64,000 nt of DNA. It comes from an uncultured Candidatus Peribacteria bacterium. GTDB taxonomy: Bacteria; Patescibacteriota; Gracilibacteria; Peribacterales; Peribacteraceae. Where the stretch lies: assembly GCA_964633955.1 (NCBI GenBank), contig CAZWIA010000002.1:8026-72025 (forward strand), written 5' to 3'. This document shows positions 50,335 to 61,100 of this stretch, one piece after another (within the stretch, counting starts at the first letter, position 1; every line of letters begins with the position of its first letter). Under the pieces are notes generated by a model. The model did no database searches. It saw only the letters and a list, made by a program, of their open reading frames with translations, and had not been told where the DNA came from. A program made the position numbers and the translations under genes.

Positions 50335-51831
50335 ATGCTCACGCAGCTCACGTCCTTCGCCACGATCGGCCTCACCTGCGAACGCATCACGGTGGAAGTG
50401 GGCACCGCGCCGGGGGAATCCAAATTCTTCATTGTGGGTCTGGGGGACACGGCCGTGCAGGAGAGCAAGCACCGGGTGCTCCTGGCCATCCGCCAGAGCG
50501 GCTTCCGGCGGATGGGATCCCGCGTCATCACGGTAAACCTGGCGCCGGCGGACCTGCGCAAGGTAGGCCCGCGGTACGATCTGCCCATCGCCCTGGGCCT
50601 CCTGATCGGCTGCGGACAGGTCACGGTCCCGGAGGAAGCGCTCACGGATACGGCATACTTGGGGGAGCTGGCGCTGGATGGAACGCTGCGCCACGTCTCC
50701 GGCGTGCTGCCCGCCACCATCGCCGCGCGGAAGGCAGGCATCCGCCGGATCGCCGTCCCCGCGGTGAACGCGCCGGAAGCTATGCTGATTTCCGGTATAG
50801 AGGTGATTGCGGCGGAGAGCCTCCCGCAGCTCATCCGCGTCCTGAACGGCGAGGAGCCTGTGCCAGCGGTGCGTTCTCACCGGCAGACATCTTCCCTCCC
50901 CGGCGGAGTGGTGGACTTTGCGGACGTGCGCGGCCAGGAGCAGGCCAAGCGGGCGCTGACCATTGCGGCCGCGGGCGGTCACAACGTGCTCCTCTCCGGC
51001 ACGCCGGGCTCCGGCAAGACGCTCCTGGCCCGGGCCTTCCGCGGCATCCTGCCGCCCCTCTCTGAGGAAGAAGCCATAGAGGTCACGCAGATCTACAGCA
51101 TCGCCAACCTCCTGCCCAAAGACGCGCCCCTGCTCACGGATCGCCCCTTCCGCGTGGTGCACCACACGGCCAGCGGCGTGTCCATCGTGGGCGGCGGGCA
51201 GGTGCCGGGACCCGGAGAGATCAGCCTTGCCCACAAGGGCGTCCTCTTCCTAGATGAGCTGGCGGAGTTCCCCACGCAGGTGCTGGAAGTGCTCCGCCAG
51301 CCGCTGGAGGACCGCACCATCACCATCACGCGCGCGCAGGGCGCGGTCACGTTTCCGGCGGACTTCATCTTGGTCGCCGCCATGAATCCGCCGCAGTTCT
51401 CCGCCGGCGGCGCGCAGCGGATCCGGCAGCGGATCTCCGCGCCGCTCCTGGACCGCATTGACCTGACCGTAGACGTCCAGGCGGTGCCGATCGCAGACCT
51501 GCAGGCGCCGCCAGCCCGGAGATCCGACAGCTCATCGGAACTGCGGGCCAAGGTGGAACAGGCCCGCATCAGGCAGCACGAGCGGTTTTCCGGACTCCCC
51601 ATCCTGACCAATCGGGAGATGGGTGTGAGGGAGATCGACCAGTTTTGTCCGCTGGACCAGGCATCGGAGCGGATCCTCAAGCAAGCAACGGAGCGGCTTG
51701 GGCTCTCCGCGCGGGGTTACCATAGGATGGTGAAAGTGGCTCGGACCATCGCGGATTTGGAGGACAGCCATGCCATCCAGATGCAGCACGTGGCAGAAGC
51801 GCTGCAGTACAGGCAGAACGTGACGGGGTGA
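50335..51831 (+). CDS. comM: ComM/YifB Mg-chelatase-like AAA+ protein
   Basis: Lon-like N-domain, Walker A GTPGSGKT, GVLFLDELAEF, and a C-terminal RGYHRMVKVARTIADLE. Confidence 0.9.
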   Translation: MLTQLTSFATIGLTCERITVEVGTAPGESKFFIVGLGDTAVQESKHRVLLAIRQSGFRRMGSRVITVNLAPADLRKVGPRYDLPIALGLLIGCGQVTVPEEALTDTAYLGELALDGTLRHVSGVLPATIAARKAGIRRIAVPAVNAPEAMLISGIEVIAAESLPQLIRVLNGEEPVPAVRSHRQTSSLPGGVVDFADVRGQEQAKRALTIAAAGGHNVLLSGTPGSGKTLLARAFRGILPPLSEEEAIEVTQIYSIANLLPKDAPLLTDRPFRVVHHTASGVSIVGGGQVPGPGEISLAHKGVLFLDELAEFPTQVLEVLRQPLEDRTITITRAQGAVTFPADFILVAAMNPPQFSAGGAQRIRQRISAPLLDRIDLTVDVQAVPIADLQAPPARRSDSSSELRAKVEQARIRQHERFSGLPILTNREMGVREIDQFCPLDQASERILKQATERLGLSARGYHRMVKVARTIADLEDSHAIQMQHVAEALQYRQNVTG

Positions 51832-51832
51832 T

Positions 51833-51865
51833 GAGTTACCAGTTTGAAGTTACGAGTTACAAGTT
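51833..51865. repeat. left arm flanking four-helix-bundle gene 2 (AGTTACR heptamers)
   Basis: GAGTTACC AGTTTGA AGTTACG AGTTACA AGTT. It ends 1 nt before the ATG at 51866. Confidence 0.8.
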
Positions 51866-52276
51866 ATGGATATGCAACATTCCACCTCGACTACAGCACA
51901 GATGCTGAATAAAGCCGGCTTCCGATCTCTTTTTTCTTGGCAGGAGGCAAAGAAATTAAGTCTGGATGTTTACGAGATAACCAAATCCTTTCCCGCCAGC
52001 GAGCGATTCCACCTGGTGGATCAACTGAGAAGGGCATCGAGCTCAGTCATGTCGAATTTGGCCGAAGGCTCAGCGATGTCGACACGCGATCATCAGAATA
52101 GCTTCTATGTTCGGGCAAAGGGATCAGCCATCGAGGTCGACAACTTCATAGAGCTTGCCTTTCCGCTTGGTTATATTACAGAGAATGAATATCATAGCCT
52201 GAGCAACAGTTACATCCGGCTTTCGGGGACGATCGAGCGCCTGATTCGATCGCCGCGTAGACACCTCCGGACCTGA
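51866..52276 (+). CDS. four-helix-bundle protein (23S rRNA intervening-sequence protein / Avd-like family)
   Basis: FSWQEAKKLSLDVYEITKSFPASERFHLVDQLRRASSSVMSNLAEG. Lower GC by eye. Confidence 0.85.
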   Translation: MDMQHSTSTTAQMLNKAGFRSLFSWQEAKKLSLDVYEITKSFPASERFHLVDQLRRASSSVMSNLAEGSAMSTRDHQNSFYVRAKGSAIEVDNFIELAFPLGYITENEYHSLSNSYIRLSGTIERLIRSPRRHLRT

Positions 52277-52309
52277 ACTCGTAACTTGTAACTTGTAACT
52301 CGTAACTTC
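52277..52309. repeat. right arm flanking four-helix-bundle gene 2
   Basis: AACTCGTAACTTGTAACTTGTAACTCGTAACTT. Positions 52290-52308 are the exact reverse complement of 51847-51865 (19/19). Confidence 0.8.
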
Positions 52310-52322
52310 CCCCTCCCCCGCC

Positions 52323-53282
52323 ATGCGCCCCCGCCTCCTCCTCGCCGTCCTCACCCTCCTCCCCCAGATCGCCCTTGCCGCCAGTCCAAGCACGCTGGCC
52401 GATCTGGCAACCGTCATTCGCAACCAGACCGGCCCGTACGCGCTGAGCGCGGAGATGCACGCGCACGTGCCGGGAATGTTCTACGTCTCAGCCTGGATGA
52501 AGGGGGACAGTGAGAAGACCGGCCCCCTGAGCAGCAAGGGGAACCTGAAGACCACCGTGGACCTGTCCGATGGCACGCTCACCGGTCGTATCCGCGGCCG
52601 CCTCCGCGTGGACGGCACCACGCTCTACATGATTCTGGACAGCCTGGAAGGCACGTTCCCGGAAGAAGCCCGGAGCGCGCAGGGCAGGGTGCCCGTGGGC
52701 CAGTGGTTCAAGGCAACCATGCCCGTGGAAGAGTCCGATCTTCAGGAGTCTCTGCGGATGCAGACCGATCTCCTGACCGGCCTGGAGGAACTGCTGGATA
52801 CCACCCGTACGGAGACGGCGGGCGGCACGGAGTACACGGTCAGCCTGAAACCGGAGGCCCAGATGCAACTGGCGGCACTGGTGCGCATGCTGACCAGTTC
52901 CCTGCAGACGGAACTGCAGAAGAAGGGGATCGGCTCCAGCGCGCTACTCCCCCATACCATGCCCGCCGTGACGGTGAAAGCGCGGGTGCGTCTGGGCGCC
53001 AGCAATACGCTCTTGCTGTTCCGCCAGTACGTGGCCGCGGAGGATCCGCCAGTTCTCCGCTTTGCCCTGCAGAGCGAACAAGTGCCGTCCAATGTGCCCG
53101 TGACCGTGGAGATTCCCGCAGGCGCCATAGACCTCTCAAGCGAACTGCCGGCGAACCTTGCGCCCGCTCCAGCCGGCTCTCGGTCGTCTTTGGAGACGGA
53201 TTGCAGTGTGACCGGCGCCGCCAAGCTGGCCCTCATCCGCAAGGGGCTCTGCCAGGACAGCCGCCCCTCGCGCCGCCGCTAG
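52323..53282 (+). CDS. secreted hypothetical protein
   Basis: Signal peptide MRPRLLLAVLTLLPQIALAAS. No family recognised. Confidence 0.6.
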   Translation: MRPRLLLAVLTLLPQIALAASPSTLADLATVIRNQTGPYALSAEMHAHVPGMFYVSAWMKGDSEKTGPLSSKGNLKTTVDLSDGTLTGRIRGRLRVDGTTLYMILDSLEGTFPEEARSAQGRVPVGQWFKATMPVEESDLQESLRMQTDLLTGLEELLDTTRTETAGGTEYTVSLKPEAQMQLAALVRMLTSSLQTELQKKGIGSSALLPHTMPAVTVKARVRLGASNTLLLFRQYVAAEDPPVLRFALQSEQVPSNVPVTVEIPAGAIDLSSELPANLAPAPAGSRSSLETDCSVTGAAKLALIRKGLCQDSRPSRRR

Positions 53283-53303
53283 CCCTTCAAGCTCGACCAA
53301 GGG

Positions 53304-53329
53304 AAAAGGCGGCCGCTGGCCGCCTTTTT
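53304..53329. terminator. bidirectional rho-independent terminator
   Basis: AAAAGGCGGCC-GCT-GGCCGCCTTTTT between convergent genes. Confidence 0.8.
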
Positions 53330-53369
53330 CTGGTCAATGATCCCTGCCTAATGACCACTCGCCGCTCAC

Positions 53370-55037
53370 TCACTCCCAGCGCGTCCCGCTCGCCAGGGGA
53401 GAGGGCAGGTCCACCCAGGTGAAGTGACCGGTGCCGTCCGTCCAGCGCACGGCGCCGATCTCCCCCACCGTTCCCGGGGCTACCAGGCTCACCTGCAGGA
53501 AGCGGCCCCCACCACCCGTGGCGGACACGGTCCCATGGAGCCGCAGCGTGCGCTGGCCGTTCTGCAGACGGCCCAGCTCCGCCGGGATAGCGGCGCAGGT
53601 GACGGTGGAGCCGTTCGCCGAGCACGTCACGCGCGTAGCCGTATCCGCCGCGCCCAGCTGCCAGTTACTCACCGTGACCTGGTCGGCCTTGGTGACGGAG
53701 AACTGCAGCTCCTCCAGGTCCAGGGACGCGGGAGAGAGCGCGGCGCCGGAGAAGGCGAACGCCGCCAGAACCTGATCGGATCCAAGGGGAAGCGCGCCGG
53801 TGGCATCTGCGGCGTTGCGCGCGGACAGCAGCCGTGCCTGGGCCGTCTGGTGCTTGGGAGAGACGCCGGTCTGGAGTGCCGCATCGATCGAACTCTCGCT
53901 CCACACGCCTTGCAGCGTAAGGGAAACTGTATCCACCCACAGGAGCTCTTCCGATTCTCCGCCGCCGTCGCGCGGCTTCAGGCGCGCACGGACACCCAGG
54001 ATACGGGACTGGGATTTGGGAATCTCATAGGCGCCCTCCAGGGCATACGTGCCGCGCCAGGTCTTATTGGTAGCGTCGTTGCCATCTTTACTGAGGAGGC
54101 CAATGAGCCTGCCGTCCTGATCGATCAGCTCCAGCCGATCGATGGACTTCACCTCGTTCCGCAAGGTCATCCGCGCGCCGCGGACGCGGACCGGCTCCTG
54201 TTCGGAGAAGAAGGAGGCGCCCGCCACCGCCGGGCTCAGCTGCCCCAGTAGGAGGATATGGCTCCGGACGGGGAAGTCCGCTATGGAGGAAACCGAGGAC
54301 GAAGAGGAAACCGAGGAGGCCGAGGAGGCCGAGGAAGAGAAAGAAGAGGAAGCTGAGGACACGGCAGAGGAAGAGGAAGAAGCACTGGGGAGCTCTCCGC
54401 GCTCGGCCTGGCGGTACAGATCCAGCTCACCGGCCGCATGCGCCTCAAACGCGGCGGCCAACCGCGCCATCTGTCCGCGCGTGAGCGCATCTGCAGGCTG
54501 GGTGCCGGAGAGCGCTAGCTTCTCCCGGGCCGCCACGCGGACATAGGTCTGGTACCACGCTTCCAATACCAGCGGATCGGTGGGGCCCAGCTCCAGAGCG
54601 TACGCCTCCGCCAGGATCTTGAGCGCCTCCGCGTAGTTCACGGACCGCTCCGGATGAAAGAGCCCATCCGGATTCCCGCGCACGACGCCGAGGGCCTTGG
54701 CCGTGCAGACATCGGCTTCAAACCAGCTGTCCCGCGGCACGTCCGGGAAGCAGCCGGGCGTGAACCCCTGCACCACCTGCCGGTGCCGCGCCAGGAGGCG
54801 CATGGCGATCTTGGTGAACTCCGCGCGGTTTATTGTGCGGCGCGCCTCAAAGCGGCCCGTTGGGTTCCCCTGCACCACGCCAATGGACGTGAGCAGGCCA
54901 ATCCCCGCGCGTTCCGCCGTGGTGAAGGAGGAAGCATCGCGGTACGATGAAACGCTGGGACGGTAGTCCAGCGCCAGCGCGGTCAGGGGGAGAAGGACAG
55001 CGAGCGTAGCTGTCGCCAGGGTGCGGTGAGTCATCAT
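53370..55037 (-). CDS. SLH-domain cell-surface protein with a Ser-rich linker
   Basis: Signal peptide and SLH-type modules (..RTINRAEFTKIAMRLL; FPDVPRDSWFEADVCTAKALGVVRGNPDGLFHPERSVNYAEALKIL), then a poly-Ser linker and a beta-rich C-terminal region. Confidence 0.8.
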   Translation of the reverse strand: MMTHRTLATATLAVLLPLTALALDYRPSVSSYRDASSFTTAERAGIGLLTSIGVVQGNPTGRFEARRTINRAEFTKIAMRLLARHRQVVQGFTPGCFPDVPRDSWFEADVCTAKALGVVRGNPDGLFHPERSVNYAEALKILAEAYALELGPTDPLVLEAWYQTYVRVAAREKLALSGTQPADALTRGQMARLAAAFEAHAAGELDLYRQAERGELPSASSSSSAVSSASSSFSSSASSASSVSSSSSVSSIADFPVRSHILLLGQLSPAVAGASFFSEQEPVRVRGARMTLRNEVKSIDRLELIDQDGRLIGLLSKDGNDATNKTWRGTYALEGAYEIPKSQSRILGVRARLKPRDGGGESEELLWVDTVSLTLQGVWSESSIDAALQTGVSPKHQTAQARLLSARNAADATGALPLGSDQVLAAFAFSGAALSPASLDLEELQFSVTKADQVTVSNWQLGAADTATRVTCSANGSTVTCAAIPAELGRLQNGQRTLRLHGTVSATGGGGRFLQVSLVAPGTVGEIGAVRWTDGTGHFTWVDLPSPLASGTRWE

Positions 55038-55144
55038 ATGGGAAGAGTGTAACAGAAAGGACGTGCCATGGATGCGCCGTCCAAGAGGAGCAAACGATGC
55101 GCCTGCCGCAACGTTACGGAAAAAGTCCGGTCGGTATCCGCGCC

Positions 55145-58100
55145 TTACGTCCCGCCGAACATACGCAGGAGGAGCGGCACCTGGAGGTTGCTGGTGATAT
55201 CCGTCCAGAGGGAGGAATCATAGCGGTAGATTCCAGCGGCCTGCCAGCCGTACGTCCCGAGCGTGCTCCCGAGCAGATACGTCTTGCTGCCCACGGTGAT
55301 AAGCGGCCCAAGGAGCGAGAGGGAGCCATCGCCCATCCGGCCCAGGTCCGTGAACGGGGCGCTGTCTGACGGGAAGTTGATGCGGTACAACCGGTCATTC
55401 ACGGCGGCCACCAGGCCCACGCCCGGCACGTACCCAACCCATCCTGCCTGGCAGGCTGAAGCACCGGTGAACAGGGGCACCGCGTGGAAACCCGCCCCAT
55501 CCGTGTAGCCGAACTCGCCCGCATCAATGCTGAAGAGGCGCGCATCCTGGACATTGCCGGATTTCACCAGGCATTGGACGTAGTACGGGGAGACGGAAGC
55601 AAACCCCGGTGAGAAATTGACCAAGACGGACGGCGGATTGGACGGGTACTGCTGGGGAACCGCGTAGACCTGCGTCTGGGTACTGAGGTTCTGCCGCAGC
55701 GGCACGGCGGAGAGATCTACCCGGTACCAGCCGATCTGGGTCATGCCGTGACCATGAGCGCTGAAGCTGGTCGCGGGGGAGGAAAGGTTAGTGCGGCGCC
55801 GGATGTACCCCGGGCTGCCGGCCACGTACTCGTAGAACACGCCGTTCCGGTCAACCATGAAGACGCCCGCACCGGTCATGGGACCCATGTTCTGCATGAA
55901 CTGCACGTTGTTTGGCGTGAACGCCGTATCCAGCAGTTCCGGCCCCACGTTCTGCCACCGGCGAGAAGAAGAGGCACACCGCATAAGCCCGCGGCCGGCA
56001 GATACGGCGTACTCGCCGGAATCCGTTATGGCGGTGATCTCCTGTACGGAGTACAAGCTCCACACGCCGGTAGTGGGATTGTAGTACCACGTCCGGCCCT
56101 GCGTGTCCGTGACGAGCGGCAGGCCGGCCCGGCACTCCGGATGCACGGTGCCCCGGAGTGTGAGCGTGAAGGGGTTTTCATTGCCATCGCCATTCACAAA
56201 GCTCAGTGTGCCCTGGAACGGCGGGGTCACCTGGCTCGCCTGCGCATCCAGGCGGAGCGTGAACGTGGCCGTCTGGCCCGCCGTGAGGGAGGTGCTACTG
56301 AAGCCCGTCTGCACGGAGAATCCTGCCGGTGCCGTGATGGCGCCCAGGGTCAGCGTGCCGCCGCCCGCGTTCACCACGGTGAACGCACGGGACACCGGTG
56401 TGCCCACCAGCGTAGAGCCAAAGTCCACCGCGGATCCCAGCGGCAGATCCGGCCCGGCACCGTTCCCGTCCAGGACTTGGATCTCCGGCAGCGCAGTGGC
56501 ATTCACTTGGCCGGCCACGTTGATGCGGTAGGCATCCTTTGCCGGCGGGGCGTTGCTGTTCACGGTGACGCTGGCGCTCTTGGCCCCGGCGGACGTCCCG
56601 TCCAGCCGCACGCTGAAGGTGGCCGTACGCCCCGGCGCGATGACCGCATTGGTCAGCGTGGATGTAAGGGTGAATCCGGCGCCGACCGCGGGCGCGGTGA
56701 TGGAAGATACGGTGAGATTGGCCGTGCCAGTGTTCATGACCGTGTAGGTCTTAGTGCGGCTGCTGCTGGCTCCCGCGGTAATGGCGCCGTAGTCCACCGT
56801 GCCCTCGTCCTCTACCCGCACGCCCTCCAGGCCTCCGTCCCAGACGGCGATGTCCGGCGCCGCCTGCGCCTGGACGGTATACCGTACAGTGAAGCGGAAC
56901 GGGTTCTCATCCGCATCATTGTTCTGCAGACTGATTCCCTCCGCATGCGTCCCCACCGTCTGGGACGCCGTGCGCAGGGTGAAGTCCGTTGCCTCGCCGG
57001 GGGAGAGAAGGGTGTCTTGGATATCGCTCACCACGGTGAACGCGGAGAAAAGCCCGGCGGAAGCGGGCACCTGCAAGTCCGCCACGCCGATATTTTTGAT
57101 GCGGAAAGTCTGCGCCAGTGTCTGACCGGCGCCCGTGACGATGGACCCAAAGTCCACCGTCCCGTTGGCGGGAATGACCGTTCCAGCACTAAGGTTCCAC
57201 ACCTCTATCTCCGCCAGCGCGGGTTGTTCCGCCATACCTCGCAGCTGGAAGGCGAATGGGTTATTGGCGCTGTCACTGCTGGCCACGGAGACATTGCGCG
57301 TAACGGTGCCAAGCACCGCGGCGTCGTAGCGCAAGCCGAACGTGGTGCTGGCGCCCGGGGCCAACACTGTTGTTCCAAGGCCCGGCGCCACACTGAAGTT
57401 GCCGCCCACGCCGTTGACAGCCAAGCCGGTCAGATTCGCGGTTCCGGCGTTCCGGACGGTCATGGTCAGCGTGGCGGGGGAGCTCAGTGGCCGCGTGCCA
57501 AAGTCCACCACGCAAGTGGTCTTGGGACAGGGACCGCTGTTGCCAATGTAGAGCTCAATCCGGGGCGCGGCCGGCGGAGCTGTCACCGTTCCTGTAAGCT
57601 GAAAATTGAATGGATTGCGGGCGCCGCCCTCGTTGGTCCCAAAGGACACCTGACCGGATTGAGCGCCAGCGGTGGCAGCAGGCATGCGAACCCTGAAGGT
57701 TGTTTCCGCCCCCGGCGCCAGCGCAGATACCAGGAAGCCCTCATTGAGTGCAAAGTCCGCTCCCGTCACCTGCGCGGGGGAGAGGGTGAGGGTGGACGTG
57801 CCGGCATTCTGCACGGTGAAGGTTTTGATGATCGCGCTTCCCTGCGCGGTGGAACCAAAGCCGTACGTGCCGCCGTCCGCGATCTCCGTACCGGATTCCC
57901 AAACACGCGCGTATGGCGCATCCGCCGCCAGCACGGATCCGCGTAACTGGAAACCATACGGACTGTTGTTGCCATCCGTGCTGGTGATGGAAGCGGAGAC
58001 CTCCGGAAAGCCGGCGGACGCGGCCGTCATACGCAGCGTAATGGGCGCTGCCTGGCCTCCCTGAAGGCTGGAAGGCGGCGCTTGCGTCACGGTAAATCCG

Positions 58101-61100
58101 CCCGCCGGTACGGAGAGGCTGATCAAATTAAGCGCCGCCGTGCCGATGTTCTTGACCGTCAGGTTCACGTTGACGGGATTGCCCACGGTAGTGGCCCCAA
58201 AGTCCACCACGCAGGTGTTCTTCATGCACGGCATGCCGTCCGCGTGGTAGAGCTGGATCTGCGGCACCGCGGGGTTCACCGTGCCGGAGAGCGGGAAGTT
58301 GTAGGGATTCTCATTGCTGTCATTATTGGAGAACTGCAAGGTGGCATTCTTGGATCCGGCAACCGTGGCATCTAGACGCACTTTGAACACAGCGGTGCCG
58401 CCGGGCGCTATGCTCTGCACCGGCTGCTGCATCATGGAGAAGCCGGATGGCTGGGACGGATCACTGGCATGCACCAGGGAAACCGTCCCCACCGTGAGCG
58501 TGGCGTTGCCCGCGTTGGCGATAGTGAACGTGCGCTCAACGGGGAATCCCGAGGGCGTGGCCCCGAACGCCACCGTGCCGCCGCCGTCCGCCACTACCGT
58601 GCCGTCTTCCAGCCGCACCTCTATCTCCGGCTGGGGTGCCGCCGCCACGCGCCCGCGCACGCGGAAATTGAAGGGATCCTCATCGCTATCGGAGTTGGGG
58701 AAGGAGACATCCCCCTCATACGTGCCCGCGGAGGCGGCGGTCAATCGCACGGCAAACTCACTCGTGACCGTGGGTGAGAAGGCTGGAATGGAGGTGATGG
58801 TCAACGGCACGCTCACCGTGAAGCCGGACGGGGCGGTGACAAGGGGCCCCACGTCCAGCGAGCGCGTGCCGCGGTTAGCCACCTGGAAACGGACGGTCAC
58901 CGGCGTCCCCACCACCGTAGTGCCCAAATCCACCACTTCCATGCCGTCTTGCACCAGCGGCAACCCTTCAGACATCCGCCGCACCTCAATCTCCGGAACG
59001 GAACCGGAAATCACCGCCCCCTGCACCAGGAACATGCGCGTTTCCTCATACGGATCATTGCTGTCCACAAACACCTGCGCCACCGGGGAGGATGCGGCGG
59101 CGGCATTCATCTGCATGGTGAAGCTCACTTCCTCCCCTGGTTGGAGCACGGTCCGGGACGGCTGGATGGCGACCGTGAAGCCGGTGGTGGCCTGGGACCG
59201 CAGCGGGTCCGCCCAGACTTCCACCGGTCCGCCCAGCGTGAGCGGCGCGCTGCCGGCGTTGCGGATGACAAAGGACCTGCGCACCGGCACACCCACCTGG
59301 GTAGTGGCAAACCATCCGCTGTCTGTTCCCACATCCACGCCGTCCAGGAGGACCTGGATGTTCGGCAGCGGTCCCGGCGCGACGATCCCCGCAAGGGTGA
59401 ACGTGAATGGATTTTCATCTCCGTCCGTGCTGGAGAGGACCACCGGCCCGGAAAAGACGCCAATATGGATGGCCGGCATAGTGACGGTGAAGGTGGTGCT
59501 CTGCCCCGGCATCAGGCGGGATAGTCCCGGTTGGGATACCCAGAATTCGCCGGGTGCCACAATGGACGTGATATCCAGGTTGGCCGTGCCCACGTTGATC
59601 ACCGTGTACGTCCTGGCTACCGCCACGCCCGGCACGGTGGAGCCAAAGTCCTGCCGGCTCACGCCGTTCGTCAGCTCCGCCGTACCATAGCGCACCAGAA
59701 TCTCCGGCTCGGGAGCGGCCGTGACCTGGCCGCGCAGCGTGAAGGAGAACGGATTCTCATCACTATCAGTGTTCAGCAGGCCGCCCGTCCCCAGCTTCAC
59801 GCCGGCACTGGCGGCGGCCATGGTCACGGTGAACGTGGCAAAGGATCCCGGCGCCACAACGGATGGCGACGGCTGCGTGGCAGTGAAGCCAGCCGGCATG
59901 CTGACCATGCCCAGGCCCAGCGGACCCGTGCCCACGTTCCGCACCTCGATGGTCCGGGTGACCGGCGTGTTCACTACGGTAGAGCCAAACTCCACCACGC
60001 CCGATTGGTGTATCACCTCCGCGCCGTTGCTCCAGAGCTGAATCTCCGGTAGCGGCATGGCCGTCACCGTACCGGAGACGTTGAAGGTGAAGGGATTCTC
60101 ATTGCTGTCGTTGTTGGCAAAGGAGATCCGGCCGCCGTACGTCCCCTCCGCCCCGGCAGTCAGCCGCAGCGTGAACGTGGTCTCCGCATCCGGCGCCAGG
60201 GTCTCCTGCACAAAACTCTGCACCACGGAGAATCCCGCCGGGACCGTGATGGGCGGCGTGAGCGTGAGCGTTTCCGATCCGATGTTCTTCACCCGGATCG
60301 GCCGCGTGACGGGCGTACCGACCGTCGTGGAGCCAAAGTCCACGGCGCCACCGCGCGGAATGTCCAGACTCCCATCCAGCACCTGAATCTCCGGCCCCGG
60401 CCAGCGCGTTCCCGTTCCCCGGACCGGAATGCGGAACACGCCCTCATCCGGATCGTCGGTGGTGAAGGTGATGTCCCCGGCCGCGGTCCCCAGGCTGGTC
60501 GCGTCATACTGGACGCGGATGTCCGCAGACTGCCATGCGTTGAGCGTGCGCGGTACGGCCCCAAAGTCCGTCAGCAGCGTGAAGCCCGCGGGCATGACGG
60601 GGTTGCCGGTGAGCCGCAGGGGATCCGTGCCAACGTTCCGCACCGTGAAGGTCTTCACCACCCCCTGTCCCACCGGCGTGGAGCCAAAGTCGGTGACCGT
60701 CACGCCGCTCACAATGTCCGTGTTCCCCTCCGTAACTTGCACTTCCTGAGAGTTTGTGGGCACGACCTCCGCGCGAATGGAAAACCGAAACGGGTTCTCA
60801 TCCGGATCGCCGGCGGCACTGAAGCGCACAATGCCGTCGCAGTAGCGAGTATCGGGGTCACCAGCGGTAGCCTTCCAGATCTGGAAGGTCGTCTCCTGGC
60901 CGGGTACCAGCACCAGTTCGCCAAAGTCCGCACCCAGTTGGCAATTGAGCGGAATGGAGGACGAGGGATCGCCAAGGGATGTGAGAGTGAGATTGCTTGT
61001 TCCGGCATTCCGCACACGGAAGGTCCGCCGGATAGGGGGTTCGGGAATTTTAGCCTTCCCCATGTCATAGAAACCATTGTACGGAATGAGGCGGCCATCC

